From assembly GCA_051362555.1 (NCBI GenBank), contig CM120648.1, positions 8,180,587-8,244,586 of the forward strand: a stretch of DNA of 64,000 nt, read 5' to 3'. Source of the stretch: Lingula anatina (taxonomy: Eukaryota; Animalia; Brachiopoda). Of the stretch, positions 48,201-61,300 are shown one piece after another (the stretch's first letter is position 1; every line of letters begins with the position of its first letter). The notes under the pieces were generated by a model, which saw only the letters and a program-made list of their open reading frames with translations, did not search any database and was not told the DNA's origin. The position numbers were made by a program, and so were the translations under genes.

Positions 48201-51200
48201 AAAAAAAGAAATAAACATTTGGGTTTGGCAAAAATAAAAGTGACCATAACTTGACAAATTTCTGTCAACCTTAATTAATACAGTTACTGTGGTAGTAAAT
48301 GGCTTCTTCATAATGAATTCTGTACTATTTTAGAAGGAGGAGATATACATGTAAATCAATAAACATCTAAACCACTAAATCTATGTAATTATTCCATATG
48401 ACCCATAATCGCAGCTGAGTCACCCTTCTCATTGTTCTCTCTCTCTCTCCGTGTGTGTTACTTACTTCTGTAACTTCTCCTCCTGTAAATTATTTCGCAG
48501 GCGAATTAGCTCATCCTTGGTGGTCTGAAGTTCCATACGAAGGACAGGGCCTTCACGTAACTGATGCTCAGCTGCCTGCAGGCGTGACAAGGCCTCTTCC
48601 AGGTCAGTTTGGAGCTCGTTGACCTGAAACAACAAGGTGAAGGTCAACCTAGAAATAGGTCAGTTTAAATATCAAGGTTAAGGTCCAATTGGAATGAGGT
48701 CAGCTGAAATGCCAAGGTCAAAGAAATACATTGGAGGTCAATGAAATATTTACAATAAAAGAATTGAAATGGAACAGTTCTGCTAAATAAATCCACTTTC
48801 TACTATAAAATGTATTTAATAACAAAAAATATAGCTAGAAAACTTAGGGAGAGATATAATACATGTATATAGTCAGAAGAGAGAAGAGGATGGGTGGGGA
48901 CACAGGTAGACAATATGTTTTCTCTCAATATTTCTGTGTGGTACAAAATGAGAATATACTATTACACTACTATACAAAAAAAGAATTCACACTTGACAAC
49001 ATTGTGCCATAATAACAAACAAACAAAATAATAAATAAATAATGGACTGATTAAAAAAAAACTGACTATGACATGAAACACACACACACACACACACACA
49101 AATTTACACTAGAACTGACAGCTAGAGCATCTTTCAAGCTTGAAATACATCTCCATTTCTTGGACAGCATAAATTACCAAGTGATGATGGCAACTGTTAC
49201 TAAAATAACAATTTTAACATGCCACATTCCCTCCACCAGTTTAGGAACGGCAATACAACATGTACTTACTATAGTTAATCATGGCAGTGAAAATAAATAT
49301 CAGTACACTCTGGTGCAAACAAGACACATTTAACAATATGCAACAGATAGCCCATATGAAATAATACAGTCTCCATGGCTATATAACACGCAATGTGAAC
49401 ATGCTGATATTATCAAAGCTGAGTACATAAGGGGGAGGGGGGCTTATCCAAGATTCAGGGGGAAGGTACCCCCCCCCCCCTTGTCCCCTTATCCTCAGTA
49501 GTTGTAGAGTTCACTTTATGTTGGTGACAACTTTTAATCGATGAAAATTCAATTAGATATGACAAAACAGTGCATTTGAATAAATGTATCATAAATAATA
49601 AAAAGTTGTGGGTGGGCACTTCTGTTATAACTTCTCATTCTTACATGTACCTCCGAATCTTCTCTGAGTGTGATACGCATGTTAATTCAGAAAAAAATTT
49701 AGCAACAATTTTAGTTTTCAATATATGAGGACAATATATGTGCATGTGTGGGAGGGGGTATGTACATGTGTATGTGTGCATGTGCTCTCAGTAGTTTATT
49801 TCTCATGATCTTACTTGTAATCATTTTTAACGATGAATTATCAATGTGTATTACTGGGCACATAAATTGCAAAGGCACAACACTACTAAAACATGGATCT
49901 TGTAGCTGGTGTGTGCAGGCGTCAGAGCGCACGCACGCACAAATAGGCATATGTATGCATGTGTTTTCTTGCTGAAGAGACAAATACATAATATATAAGA
50001 AGATATAAATATAATTCACCTTGATGGTTCTATGATTTTCAGCAGTAAGCAAACAAAAAAGAAATGCCTACATATCACAAATAAACAAGCAGACATTGAA
50101 TATTGGCCCTTTCCCATTAAAATGAAATAGAAATGGTTTTATCATACAGTAAAAACTTCAGATTAAATAAGACCCTTTCAACAGAAAATACCAGAAGATA
50201 GAAGACAACTCACCTGCATTTGAGAAATTTTACAAACTTACATAAATACTAACACATAGGTAAATGAATAGAAACTTTAGAGAACATTGAAAACAGAAAT
50301 TAAATAGTATAAAAATGCATTTTTAGTTAGACATTCAGAATGTCTAACTAAAAATGCATTGTTATACTATTTGCATATTGCATTCTAGAGTCTAAACCGA
50401 AACATTCATGACTATGCTATATGTAGTATACAAGTTCTGAAATACTAAATTAAGTTCTTTGACAGTTATGAAACAGAGACCTTTGAAAAAATATTAAATA
50501 ATAATACACTAACAAACATCACATAGTACTGTTCAAGATGAATTTTGTCAATCAAGCTAATGCGCACAAGTTCCATGGGGACTCTTGCTGTATGCAATCA
50601 GATTTACAGACTAACATGCTTCCTGTTACTTGTATTTCAAACCTGTTCCTGTAAAAATGCCAGGTTTTCTATATTCTACACAACGTCAGGAGGCATGTTA
50701 ACCTGTTGAATTTGTGCATATTAAACAGGTCAACAAAATTCATGGTGAACGGTCCCATACTTAAATTATTTCTGATATAATTTAGTTCTGATGTGAACAG
50801 CACCCAACAGTGCATTCTGCAATGCTTACCCTTCTCTCTGCGTTCTCAGCCCTGTTGTTTGACATTTGGAGTTGCATGCTTTGGTCGCTGGCTCTCTGAG
50901 TAAACAGCATTTCTGTCTGTTTGGATACGCCACGCTTCTGAATAAATCAATAAGAAAATAATAACAATAATATCATAACAATATATGTATAACAAAAAAT
51001 ATATTGTATGCAGATAATCTAAACAAAAAGAATATTTAAAGGTCATTTTAGTGAGAAAATTTAACAATTGGCCATGCTGACCTTAAAGCTTAGAGTAATG
51101 ATGTTGGTGTTCATGGAAATAACAAAAATTGTGGCAATTAGTCACAATTAAGTGAATAGAATCTGTCAGATATTCCTTGAGTCAACATACATGTAGGCGT

Positions 51201-54200
51201 TGATAAACCTTCTTAAATCATTACAGACATAATATCATGTTAAATGAAGCACCATACCCTTTCTAATTCTTCTTCCAAAAATTTGTTGGCATCTTCAAGA
51301 AGTCTGACTTTTTCCAGTAATTCCTTCGTCTGATTTAGCACCTGCAATTGTCAGAATATGTAGTACTGGATTGAAAAAAATATGGATACAGGACAACAAA
51401 AATGGTTATTTCTTTCTTTAAAAAATTAATATTAAAGGTACTATGCAAAATATTTCCATAGACAAAGTAATTATGATTTGAAACAGAGCGACATGATGCA
51501 TATTTTCATTATACCAAAAACATTAACAATATCAAGAAAAACACACTAATAAAAATAAAACAAAAGTTATGATTAAATAAAATATTAAATTTTATTGACA
51601 GTCTCTCATCTTAAATCTGAGATATAACATCTCAAATTACCTTCTGACAAGTTTGGGTGATAAAAATAGAAACTTTGTTTTTTTGTTTTTTAAACTTTAA
51701 AAAAGTACTTTTTTTCACCTTTGTCATTTCCTGTTCCAAGGTCGTGTTTCTCTTCTCCAGGTCTGACCTTGACTTAATTTCTGTTTCAAGACGGAGCTCA
51801 GTTTTGCTTCCACTATTTTTAACCCTGTCTCTAGCTTCTTTTAACTCCTGTATTTCCTGCAAAAAAGAGAATGTATCCGTATCATCGAATGTGCAATCTT
51901 ACATTATACAAATTCTATACTTTCTATACATCCTGTAATAAAACATTACATTCACCAATAAAACCTTGATAATGATAGCAATATTCATATATTATCAATC
52001 CCGTTCTTCAGTTTCATATTTCCCAGGGCTGGCTACAATATTTATCTATACTTCTATAAAGCTAGTATCAGTCTAAGTACACAATTGACCCAAATTTGTC
52101 ATCAGTGAACAGGCAGACTTACTGTTCAACAAAATAATCAACTAAATTAAATTTGTAGATAACCAACCTACACAACGTAGATAACCTCCTTATATGAAAG
52201 GACACCGCTCCCCCAAGAAACTCTAATGTCAAATTTAAGGTATAAGAAACCAGATTCTCCATAATAAGACCCTGACACAAAAGCAACACCGTGTTCCTCA
52301 AACTCTTCATCTAGTTAATTTTGATATTCCTGTCTGCTGGACAAAGTCTATCCATTATCATAGCAGACACCTCAACTGTTACTACAAAAACTACTACAAC
52401 TACTAACAGTAAAGGCCAATGTACAGTGTACCTATGACTGGGTTCCCATACCTATATTGATCTAAAAGGAAGGGTCCATCTCCAAGGGGTTTCTTGCTAA
52501 ATTGCTTTCAGCTTAAGCGACTTAGATGTCTACTAAGGCTGCTTAACCATAGTTAATTACCCCCTATCAGCTTCAGTATAGGCGTGACAGACATCTAAGG
52601 TGCTTAAGTTGATTGCAATTTAGCGAGAATCTCCTAGGAGATAGATCGATCCAAAGTTAGTACAATAGGGTCCGGGAATTGATCCCATATGTTGACCTTT
52701 TTTGTTCAGTCTATCTATAAGGTCGACATAGCAGAGAACTGGTTCAGTTGAATACTTGCGGCCACAGCAGCAACATCAACATGCTAGTCATCGCATTTCT
52801 CCTGCAGTGCTTTGTAACTGCATGCATTGGACAGTTATCCCCTAACTTGACCACTACCACCAAACCTCATGTAGTGACCAGCAGTGACCAGTGTACCTAC
52901 ACACTGACTGTTCCTGCCCCTGACAAGACCTGTTCCGCCGAGGCCAAGAAGATAGCCAGTCTGGAGCAGAGGGCACAGAAACAGGACGCGGTCTTGCTGG
53001 CGATGCAGTCCAGCCTGATCCATGCTGAACAACAAATACGAGATCTTCAGACAGTAAGTGTGGTTCACTTATTTTATGATTTATTCAATAAATGATTTCA
53101 TCACCTTAACAGCGATATTTGTTCTTTTATTGATATTATAATTTCTGCACTATGAATTATGAATTTTATTTTGAAGCACAAATTTAAGAGTAATTGAAAA
53201 TCAAATTCTTTCTGAAAAATATATATATTCTCCATGAAAGAGAGAAAAATCACTGAGGTAATTTGAATCAATTTAATCATTGTTTGTTATATTGAAAATA
53301 GTTTCATCAAATTAAGCTGTCATCAATTCAAACAGTTCTACATATGAATTCTTTACTCTGATTGTCATATTGAGGGGAATTTCCTCGGACAAAGCCGAAC
53401 CAGTCACAAATGACACTATAAGAAGAAAAGTTATCATTTTTAATGAGAAGTTTTAGACAATATTCTATATCATTTTATTTCAGCAAATGAAGACACAGTC
53501 ATCCAACATTCAAAGCCTCCAGAGTTTGAGCTCTCAGCTTCAGCAACAACTAGCCCAAACCCCCAAATTTCCAATCAAGAAAGAACATAAAGGTAATGTA
53601 AAGTTTAAATGAAATATCATCATTCTGATGTACCTTATTTCGATAGGCTTCACCAAATAATACAGAAACAGTCAAAGGAAATATGCAGTATTTAACATAA
53701 TCACTAGTATAACCACTGTGTATCCCCAAATATATCTAATGTGACAAAATAACAAGTAAAGCTGCTTTGTTTAAGCATGAACCAATTTTTAGAAATCTGT
53801 AAAAACATATCAATTTACTAGCACCTTGAAAAGGAGGAAAAAACAAACCAGACCACTCGAGTCATGAATAACACAATACTATTAACATTACTTTCCTTTA
53901 CAGATTGTTCTGAATACAGACTAGATGGTTATAAAGACACAGGTTTATATAACATCACACTGAGCCATGCCCTGTCCCAAATCACAGTGTGGTGTGACAT
54001 GACCACTGACAATGGAGGATGGACGCTGATACAGAGAAGACAAGATGGCTCCGTTTACTTTTATCGTGACTGGGCAGAGTACAAGAATGGCTTTGGTAAC
54101 ATCGATGGAGAATTCTGGTTGGGGAATGATGACATCCACTATCTGACCAATCAGAAAGATTACAGGCTGCGTGTTGATTTGTGGGACTTTGAAGGCAATC

Positions 54201-57200
54201 ATCGTTATGCTGAATATGACAACTTCAAGGTTGATGACGAGAAGTCAAAATATATTCTTCATGTTGGGAAATACAATGGTACTGCTGGAGATGCAATGAG
54301 TTACCATAATAACATGAAATTCAGTACGAAGTACCAGGACAATGATAAATGGAGTGGAAACTGTGTACAGGATCGAAAAGGTGCCTTCTGGATGAATCAA
54401 TGCCAATATTTCAACCCAAATGGAATTTACCACTTTGATCCCAAGTACAATTTTATGGATGCCATTCACTGGACTAAATGGAAACAAAACTATGCTTTAA
54501 AGAAAGTTGAAATGAAGGTTCGCCCTATGCTGTTTCACAGATTTTAGATATACTCAAAAGAGATAAAACTTTTTATGAACAATGTCTCCTTGGAATTATA
54601 ACACAATCATGACATATATTATGTAAAAATGTGATAAAAATAAGTTGAAAGAACTATGAGAACATATATCATCAAAATAAAATATTATACTAAGTAATCT
54701 GAAAAGACTCATTACCAGTAATTCATTGAGTTTTTCATTAAATCATATCAATAGAGAAAGAAAAAGGAGAAAAACTACTAAATGGCAAGTGACTGTAATA
54801 ACATACTGGTATTAGTAATCAATTAAGTACAGAGTAAAAGTCATGATATACAATTCATTCCACCATCCAACATCCCCCTTTCTGGCCTTTGTGCAGGCCC
54901 ATTGTATAATTGCCATCATACTTATCAATGATTTTTCTACTCCAAGCTCCCTTTACCCCTACTACACCCTGAATATACTTAAGATATTTTGGAGAATGAC
55001 AACAGGTGCCTGATTGATACTATGGTCTTAGTATTTGGCCACACAGTGGCCTGTTCCCTAAAAAAACTCAAGTTGACTATCTAATGTAAGCAATCTAAGC
55101 TAAGCCCCAAAACTTTACACTCTGTAAGGCGTAGGCCCTAAGGGTCATAGAATCAAACCCAAGGTGACCTCTGGACCACCAAGATCATCCAGGCGGGTGA
55201 ATAAATCTGACAAAAGATAACCTTCTTAGATCAGTCTATCTATAAGGTTGACATAGTGGAGAACTGGTTCAGTTGAAAACTTGCAGCCACAGCAGCAACA
55301 TCAACATGCTAGTCATCGCATTTCTCCTGCAGTGCTTTGTAACTGCATGCATTGGTCAATTATCGCCTAACTTGACCACTACCACCAAACCTCATGTAGT
55401 GACCACCAGTGACCAGTGTGCCTACACACTGACCGTTCCTGCACCAGACAAGACCTGTTCAGCAGAGGCGAGAGAGATAGCTGACCTCAAGGGACAAGTG
55501 AAGAAACAAGATATTGTTCTGCTGGCCATGCAGTCAACACTGCTCCGTGCAGAGCAGCAACTGTCAGACCTTCAGAAGGTTGGTATAGTTATATCAAAAC
55601 ATATCAAAAGGGGCAGATATAGTTCTTTCTTTTCACTTAAATTAATAAAAGACTTTTAAGATAAGATCAAAATGTTTTGGCAGGTCCTTAAACATGCCAT
55701 ACAGTGCAATATTCAGTGTATTTTAAATTTCTTTTGGTCAAAAATTGTGAAATAATTGTCAGATTTCCAATACTTTTCAAATGTCTCTTGTAGGCAGTAC
55801 AAACAAAACATTTTAATTGTGGGAAATGCATTCAAGTGAATAATCTATTTTTAATTTTTAGTCATACACATCATGTAAAATGTTCATTTCAGCAACTGGC
55901 AGCTCAGTCTTCCACGATACAGAACCTTCAGACCATGAGCTCTCAGCTTCAGCAACAGGTGTCCCAGAACATCAAGTTTCCAATTAAGAAAGAGTATAAA
56001 GGTAAGGTACAGTGAGTTTATCTATATATAGATACTTATGAACTTCTTATTAAATGAAGCAATACAGATGACTGAAATGTGAGATTAATAAAAGACAAAA
56101 GTGATGTGGAATTTACAAAAAGTTCAAACTCGAGGATATCAAAGCCATTATGACAATTCATGGCAAAAAATATTAAGTCAATATCGAAAAAGCAATATAA
56201 ATATTTGTCTGTTCTTGTTTCACAGATTGTTCTGAATACAGACTAGATGGCTATAAAGACACAGGTTTATATAACATCACACTGAGCCATGCCCTGTCTC
56301 AAATCACAGTGTGGTGTGACATGACCACTGACAATGGAGGATGGACGCTGATACAAAGAAGACAAGATGGCTCCGTTTACTTCTTCAGAGAGTGGGAGGA
56401 TTACAAGAACGGCTTTGGTAACATCGATGGAGAATTCTGGTTGGGGAATGACGACATCCACTATCTGACCAATCAGAAAGATTACAGGCTGCGTGTTGAT
56501 CTGTGGGATTTTGATGGAAATCATAAACATGCCGAGTATGATAACTTCAAGGTTGATGATGAAAAGGCAAAATACCTGTTGCATCTTGGGAAATACAATG
56601 GTACAGCTGGTGATGCTTTCAGTTACCATAACAACATGAAATTCACTACAAAGTACCAGGACAATGATAAACATAGTAGTAACTGTGCCCTAACATATAC
56701 TAAATCTGGATTCTGGTGGAACAGCTGTGAACGATTTAATCCCAATGGTGTTTATCATTTTGATCCTAAATACAGCAATGATGAGACTATACACTGCAGG
56801 GGCGGATTTAGGCCGTCTTCTGGGTCTTCTGGAAGACGGTCAGATTTTCAAGTTTACATTGACGGGTATTTAATTTTTTCTGTTGGAAGACGGTCAAAAT
56901 TGGAGAATAAATCAACAAAAACAATTTGGAAGACTGTCAGTAAATAGCTCTGCATCCGCCCCTGCACTGGTATGATTGGAAACAGCGTTATGCCCTGAAG
57001 AAAGTAGAGATGAAAGTACGACCCATGCTTTTTCACAATTTCTAAATCTGTATAACCCCTTCAAACATGTGCTGTTCAAAATGTTTGTCACAATTTGCTG
57101 CTTTTAATGCATGTTTACAGGTCAAAAGGAAAAATACTTAAATAATTTCAACTTTAGAATTTGCACTCAATTTTGGACCAACTTGTGTCACAGACCCTGG

Positions 57201-58241
57201 GGGGCACGTAATCAAACATAAGCTGCTGACCTCTGGACCACCAAGGTCATCCAGGCATGTGAATAAATCTGACAAAAGATAACCTTTTCTGTACGGTTTA
57301 TCTATAAGGTTGACATAACAGAGAAGTGGTTTTCATGCTGAGTATGAAAACCACTTCAAGGTTGATGATGAAAAGGCAAAATACTTGTCCCCCCCTCCCC
57401 CTCTTCCCACTTTGAATTTCCCAATTTAAACATGCATAAATGCCATATGAAGCAAGACAAAATTTTTCACAACCCAAGTACTTTTGCACCCTCTGACAGA
57501 ATGATTAAAAAAAAAAAAAAAAACATCAACACATCTTGGATTAAACATATAAAAAATTCTTTTATTTTTTTAAAGATTATGCTACTAAATGTATTGGGTA
57601 ATAAGGTTTTTATGTCAATTCAGTATACCCCAGATAACCTTGTGAAATGTGAAATTTTGTGATATATTTGTTTACTAAATCTACCTAGTGTCCCCTATTG
57701 ACCCTGAAACATCCTACGAGACTGCAAAAGCAGAATTAGCTATCATATTCTAATTCTTGAATTAATTTAGGCAACAAATGCACTTAAAACTATTAACTAA
57801 TGACACATTAATCTTTGATTTGTAAAATCTAATATAAAATAGACCTTAAATAAAATGTACCTCTTCTTTCTCCCTAAGCTGTGCAGTCAAGTCCCCAGAC
57901 TCTCTGTAAGCTTGCTCTAACTTCTCCCCCAGGTCCTCAATCTCTCTCTGGTGGGACAGCTTCAGCTCAGCCATCTCAGACCTTAGGGAACTGATGCCTG
58001 ATTCACCTTTCACCTAGAATAACATCAAGGTTACATTTAAACCGGTTAATGTTGTAATAACATTTCCAGGTCAATATCATAACAATAGTATCAGTTAAAG
58101 CTGATATGTGATAAAAAAATATGACATCAGTCATCATGCCATACTGCACTATTACATAAATGTTTTTGCTTTAAAGAAAAAAAATTGCACAAAATAGAAA
58201 TTTATCAATCATATCTACACTCTATTTCACAGAGATAAACA

Positions 58242-58322
<81 letters not shown>

Positions 58323-61300
58323 TATCATTAGCAGCCTCTGCCTCCAGTTTGGTGACGTGTGAGTGCTTCATCCTGAGTTCCTCTCTCAAGTGGTCAATCT
58401 CACTGTTCAGTGTGCTAATCTCCTCCAGGGATTTCTGCAGCTTCTCGGCAGCTTCTGCTTCTGAAAATAATGTGAATAAATCAAACATTACTTCTAGGTA
58501 ACTTCTTATTTTATTAATCTTTTTTCATTTTTTAAATATTTTTTTAGACAGGAGGGTAAAATTATGTAGCACAAGAAAGGTTATATTTTTTGAAGTTTTT
58601 TTTTACCCCTACATAGTAAGCTACACTGCTTTGTATTTATATCTGAGAAATGAACCATGGGTCATATCTACAGTATATATCTATCTTAAAATACCTGGTT
58701 TAGATAAAAATATTTGATAAAAAATGCAATAATGATAACATGAAAATAGTTGGTTGATAAAAAATAATTCTGTGTCAAATTGATTTACCTTGTTGCTTCT
58801 CCTTTTCATTGAGCAAATTTTCTTTTAACTGAAAATAACATAAAAACTTCATTCATCTCACATTTGATAATCCAAATCAGTTGTGCTACAGAATGATGAA
58901 ATCACAGTCAGCTGACTCTTTAGTCAACTCAGAATAATGAGCTTCTTGATCTCAACCCCAGAAAAAAAATCTCAACCCAGAAAAAAAATTAAATGATATA
59001 CAAAAGATATAAAAGCTATAGAATATATTTTAGAATGTATTTTATGCCTTCTTTTCAAATTATAACTTAAAGTACAATAATTACCAATGTACCTTCCACT
59101 TTTTAGTTGAAAAAAGATTATGCATATTATTATCATTATCATCATCATCATCATCATCATTATTATCATCATCATCTTCATCATCATCAACATCGTTATC
59201 ATCATCATCATTATCATTATCATTATCATCATCATCTTCATCATCGTCAACATCGTTATCATCATCATCATCATCATCATTATCATCATTATCATCATCA
59301 TTATTATTATCATTAAACACACACCTTAGCAGCAAGTTCCTTATTGTCCCCTTCTAGCTGGTGTGTGACTTCTTCCAACATGGCCACTCTCTCCTGCAAC
59401 TCTGTTCTCCTCCTCTCAGCCTCTTCCTGGCTCCTCTTCCAAGTCTCCAGTTCCGTGATCAGTTTGTTTTTCTCACTCGCCAGCTGGTCTCTGTCACTTG
59501 TTAGGCGCTCTGAGTTAGATGTAGAGTCTTTAAGCTTCTGTTCCAGGATTTCTATTTTGGCCTCCATTTCCTGCAGAATAGAATGAGCATTGTGGGATAT
59601 TTATTATATTTTTAAGTGGTTCCAAACATGATTTTTTATCATGAAAATGCTAAAAATATTTTTTATAAAATTACCATTTATCATGATCATCATAATAACA
59701 ATGAAGTTCCTGCAAATTTGCAATCTTTCAAAAAATCAAATAACTGAGATCATGCTTGGTGACTCAAATTGGCAAGATATTGTCTTGAATTTTGTCCATC
59801 CACATTTATAAACTCTAGTGACCTGGAAAATAAATTTTGATAGTCTTTTAAAGGAATGAATGAGGTGAAATTAAGAATGGTACTGACACCTTAATCAAAA
59901 TCTGGTTTTGTGGCATTTAATTCACAAATAATCTGGACCTCATGTCTCAAAGCAATCCTTTACCCTGTTTGCTTGTTCCAGTTGCAGTTGCTTACTGGAC
60001 ATTTCCCCGGCCACACTGTCCTTGCTGGTCAGCTCTCTGGTCAGTCTGTCCTGGATGGATGTTGTCTCTGCTTTGGCCAAGGTCAACAACTAAGATGGTT
60101 ACAAGAAAATGGGATTTTTAATGGGGTGGGGTGAAGGGGAGTAAAATCTAATTAATACTATATTTTCAAACAATTGCATGGACTTGGATATTTTTTACAT
60201 CTTTATCAGCCAATACTTTTTTCTCAAGACAATGCTTAAATTCCAAGTCAATTTTGATTGCTTTATTCAAATATCAAAACAAAAAAAGCCCGAGTGATCA
60301 CCAGCTGTTTAGATGCAAATAAATATCATTTCATCAATATTACAATAACCAATTACTTTTCTTTGCAGAGAATGATATATCAGAGACCCCAGTAAATACC
60401 TTTTCATAATTTTTTGTGGTATTTTTGACTTCATTTTGGGTTCTGGTCACTTCGTCTTCCAGAGATTCCACCTTCAGTTCCATTGTTCTGAGCTGGACAT
60501 AGATTACAATACAATATATATCAAAACCTTAGACACAATTATAGCTACCAGATAAAAAGCATAATACTCATGACAGTATTAAAACTAGCCTAAAAGAAAA
60601 AATTACTTTAATTAATTTAAAACTTCCAAATAGTTCAAATATATTGTCAAGTTGACACCGACAATGATTGTACTCATTTGAATATAATATATACAATTAA
60701 ATATACTGCAATGTCAGGACACACACTGAAAAAGTTCAACAAATAGCAGAACAAATTTTTAAAATGAATTCTAGCTTGAATTTAGGAGTAATGAGTCTAC
60801 ACATTTTGAAGACAAATACATAAACAGTTAATAACCTTTGACTTGAGAGTGTCTTGCACTCTCTCCGCCTGTCGTTTCTGATCAGACAACATTTCTTCCG
60901 TGATGAGAAGTTTCTGTTCTGTCTCCACTTTTGATTGGTTGGCTTTGTTCAGGTTCAAAGTGGCATTGGAGATTTCTTGTCTCAAACTCTTCAACTCATT
61001 TCGCTGGTCCTCCTTTTCTTTCCTGTGTCTAAAATTTCATGATCAAATAATGATAATAACACCACCAACAACAGCAACAACAATTAGAACAATCCTTGCT
61101 GGTAACTCCTAGCAAAATCATGAAAGTCATCCACCACACAAAAGATCCCAAATTTTCAAGCCAAGCCACAGGCATATTAATGCCCAATAGGATCACTTAC
61201 TCCTACTGAGATTAAACACTATATTCTGTTTAAAGGTCACCGGGTTATCTGTCACGTTCCATATTATGCTTTTTTATCAAGGCTTTGGCAGAAGATACCA

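Noticed and set aside
56797-56964. MITE acting as an introner that is precisely spliced out
   Set aside because: Its ends are CAG...CTG, with no GT/GC...AG pair placed to restore the frame exactly.
58972-59335. Poly-His/Ile/Asp/Met ORFs (also 63471-63998)
   Set aside because: They are translations of (CAT)n microsatellites.
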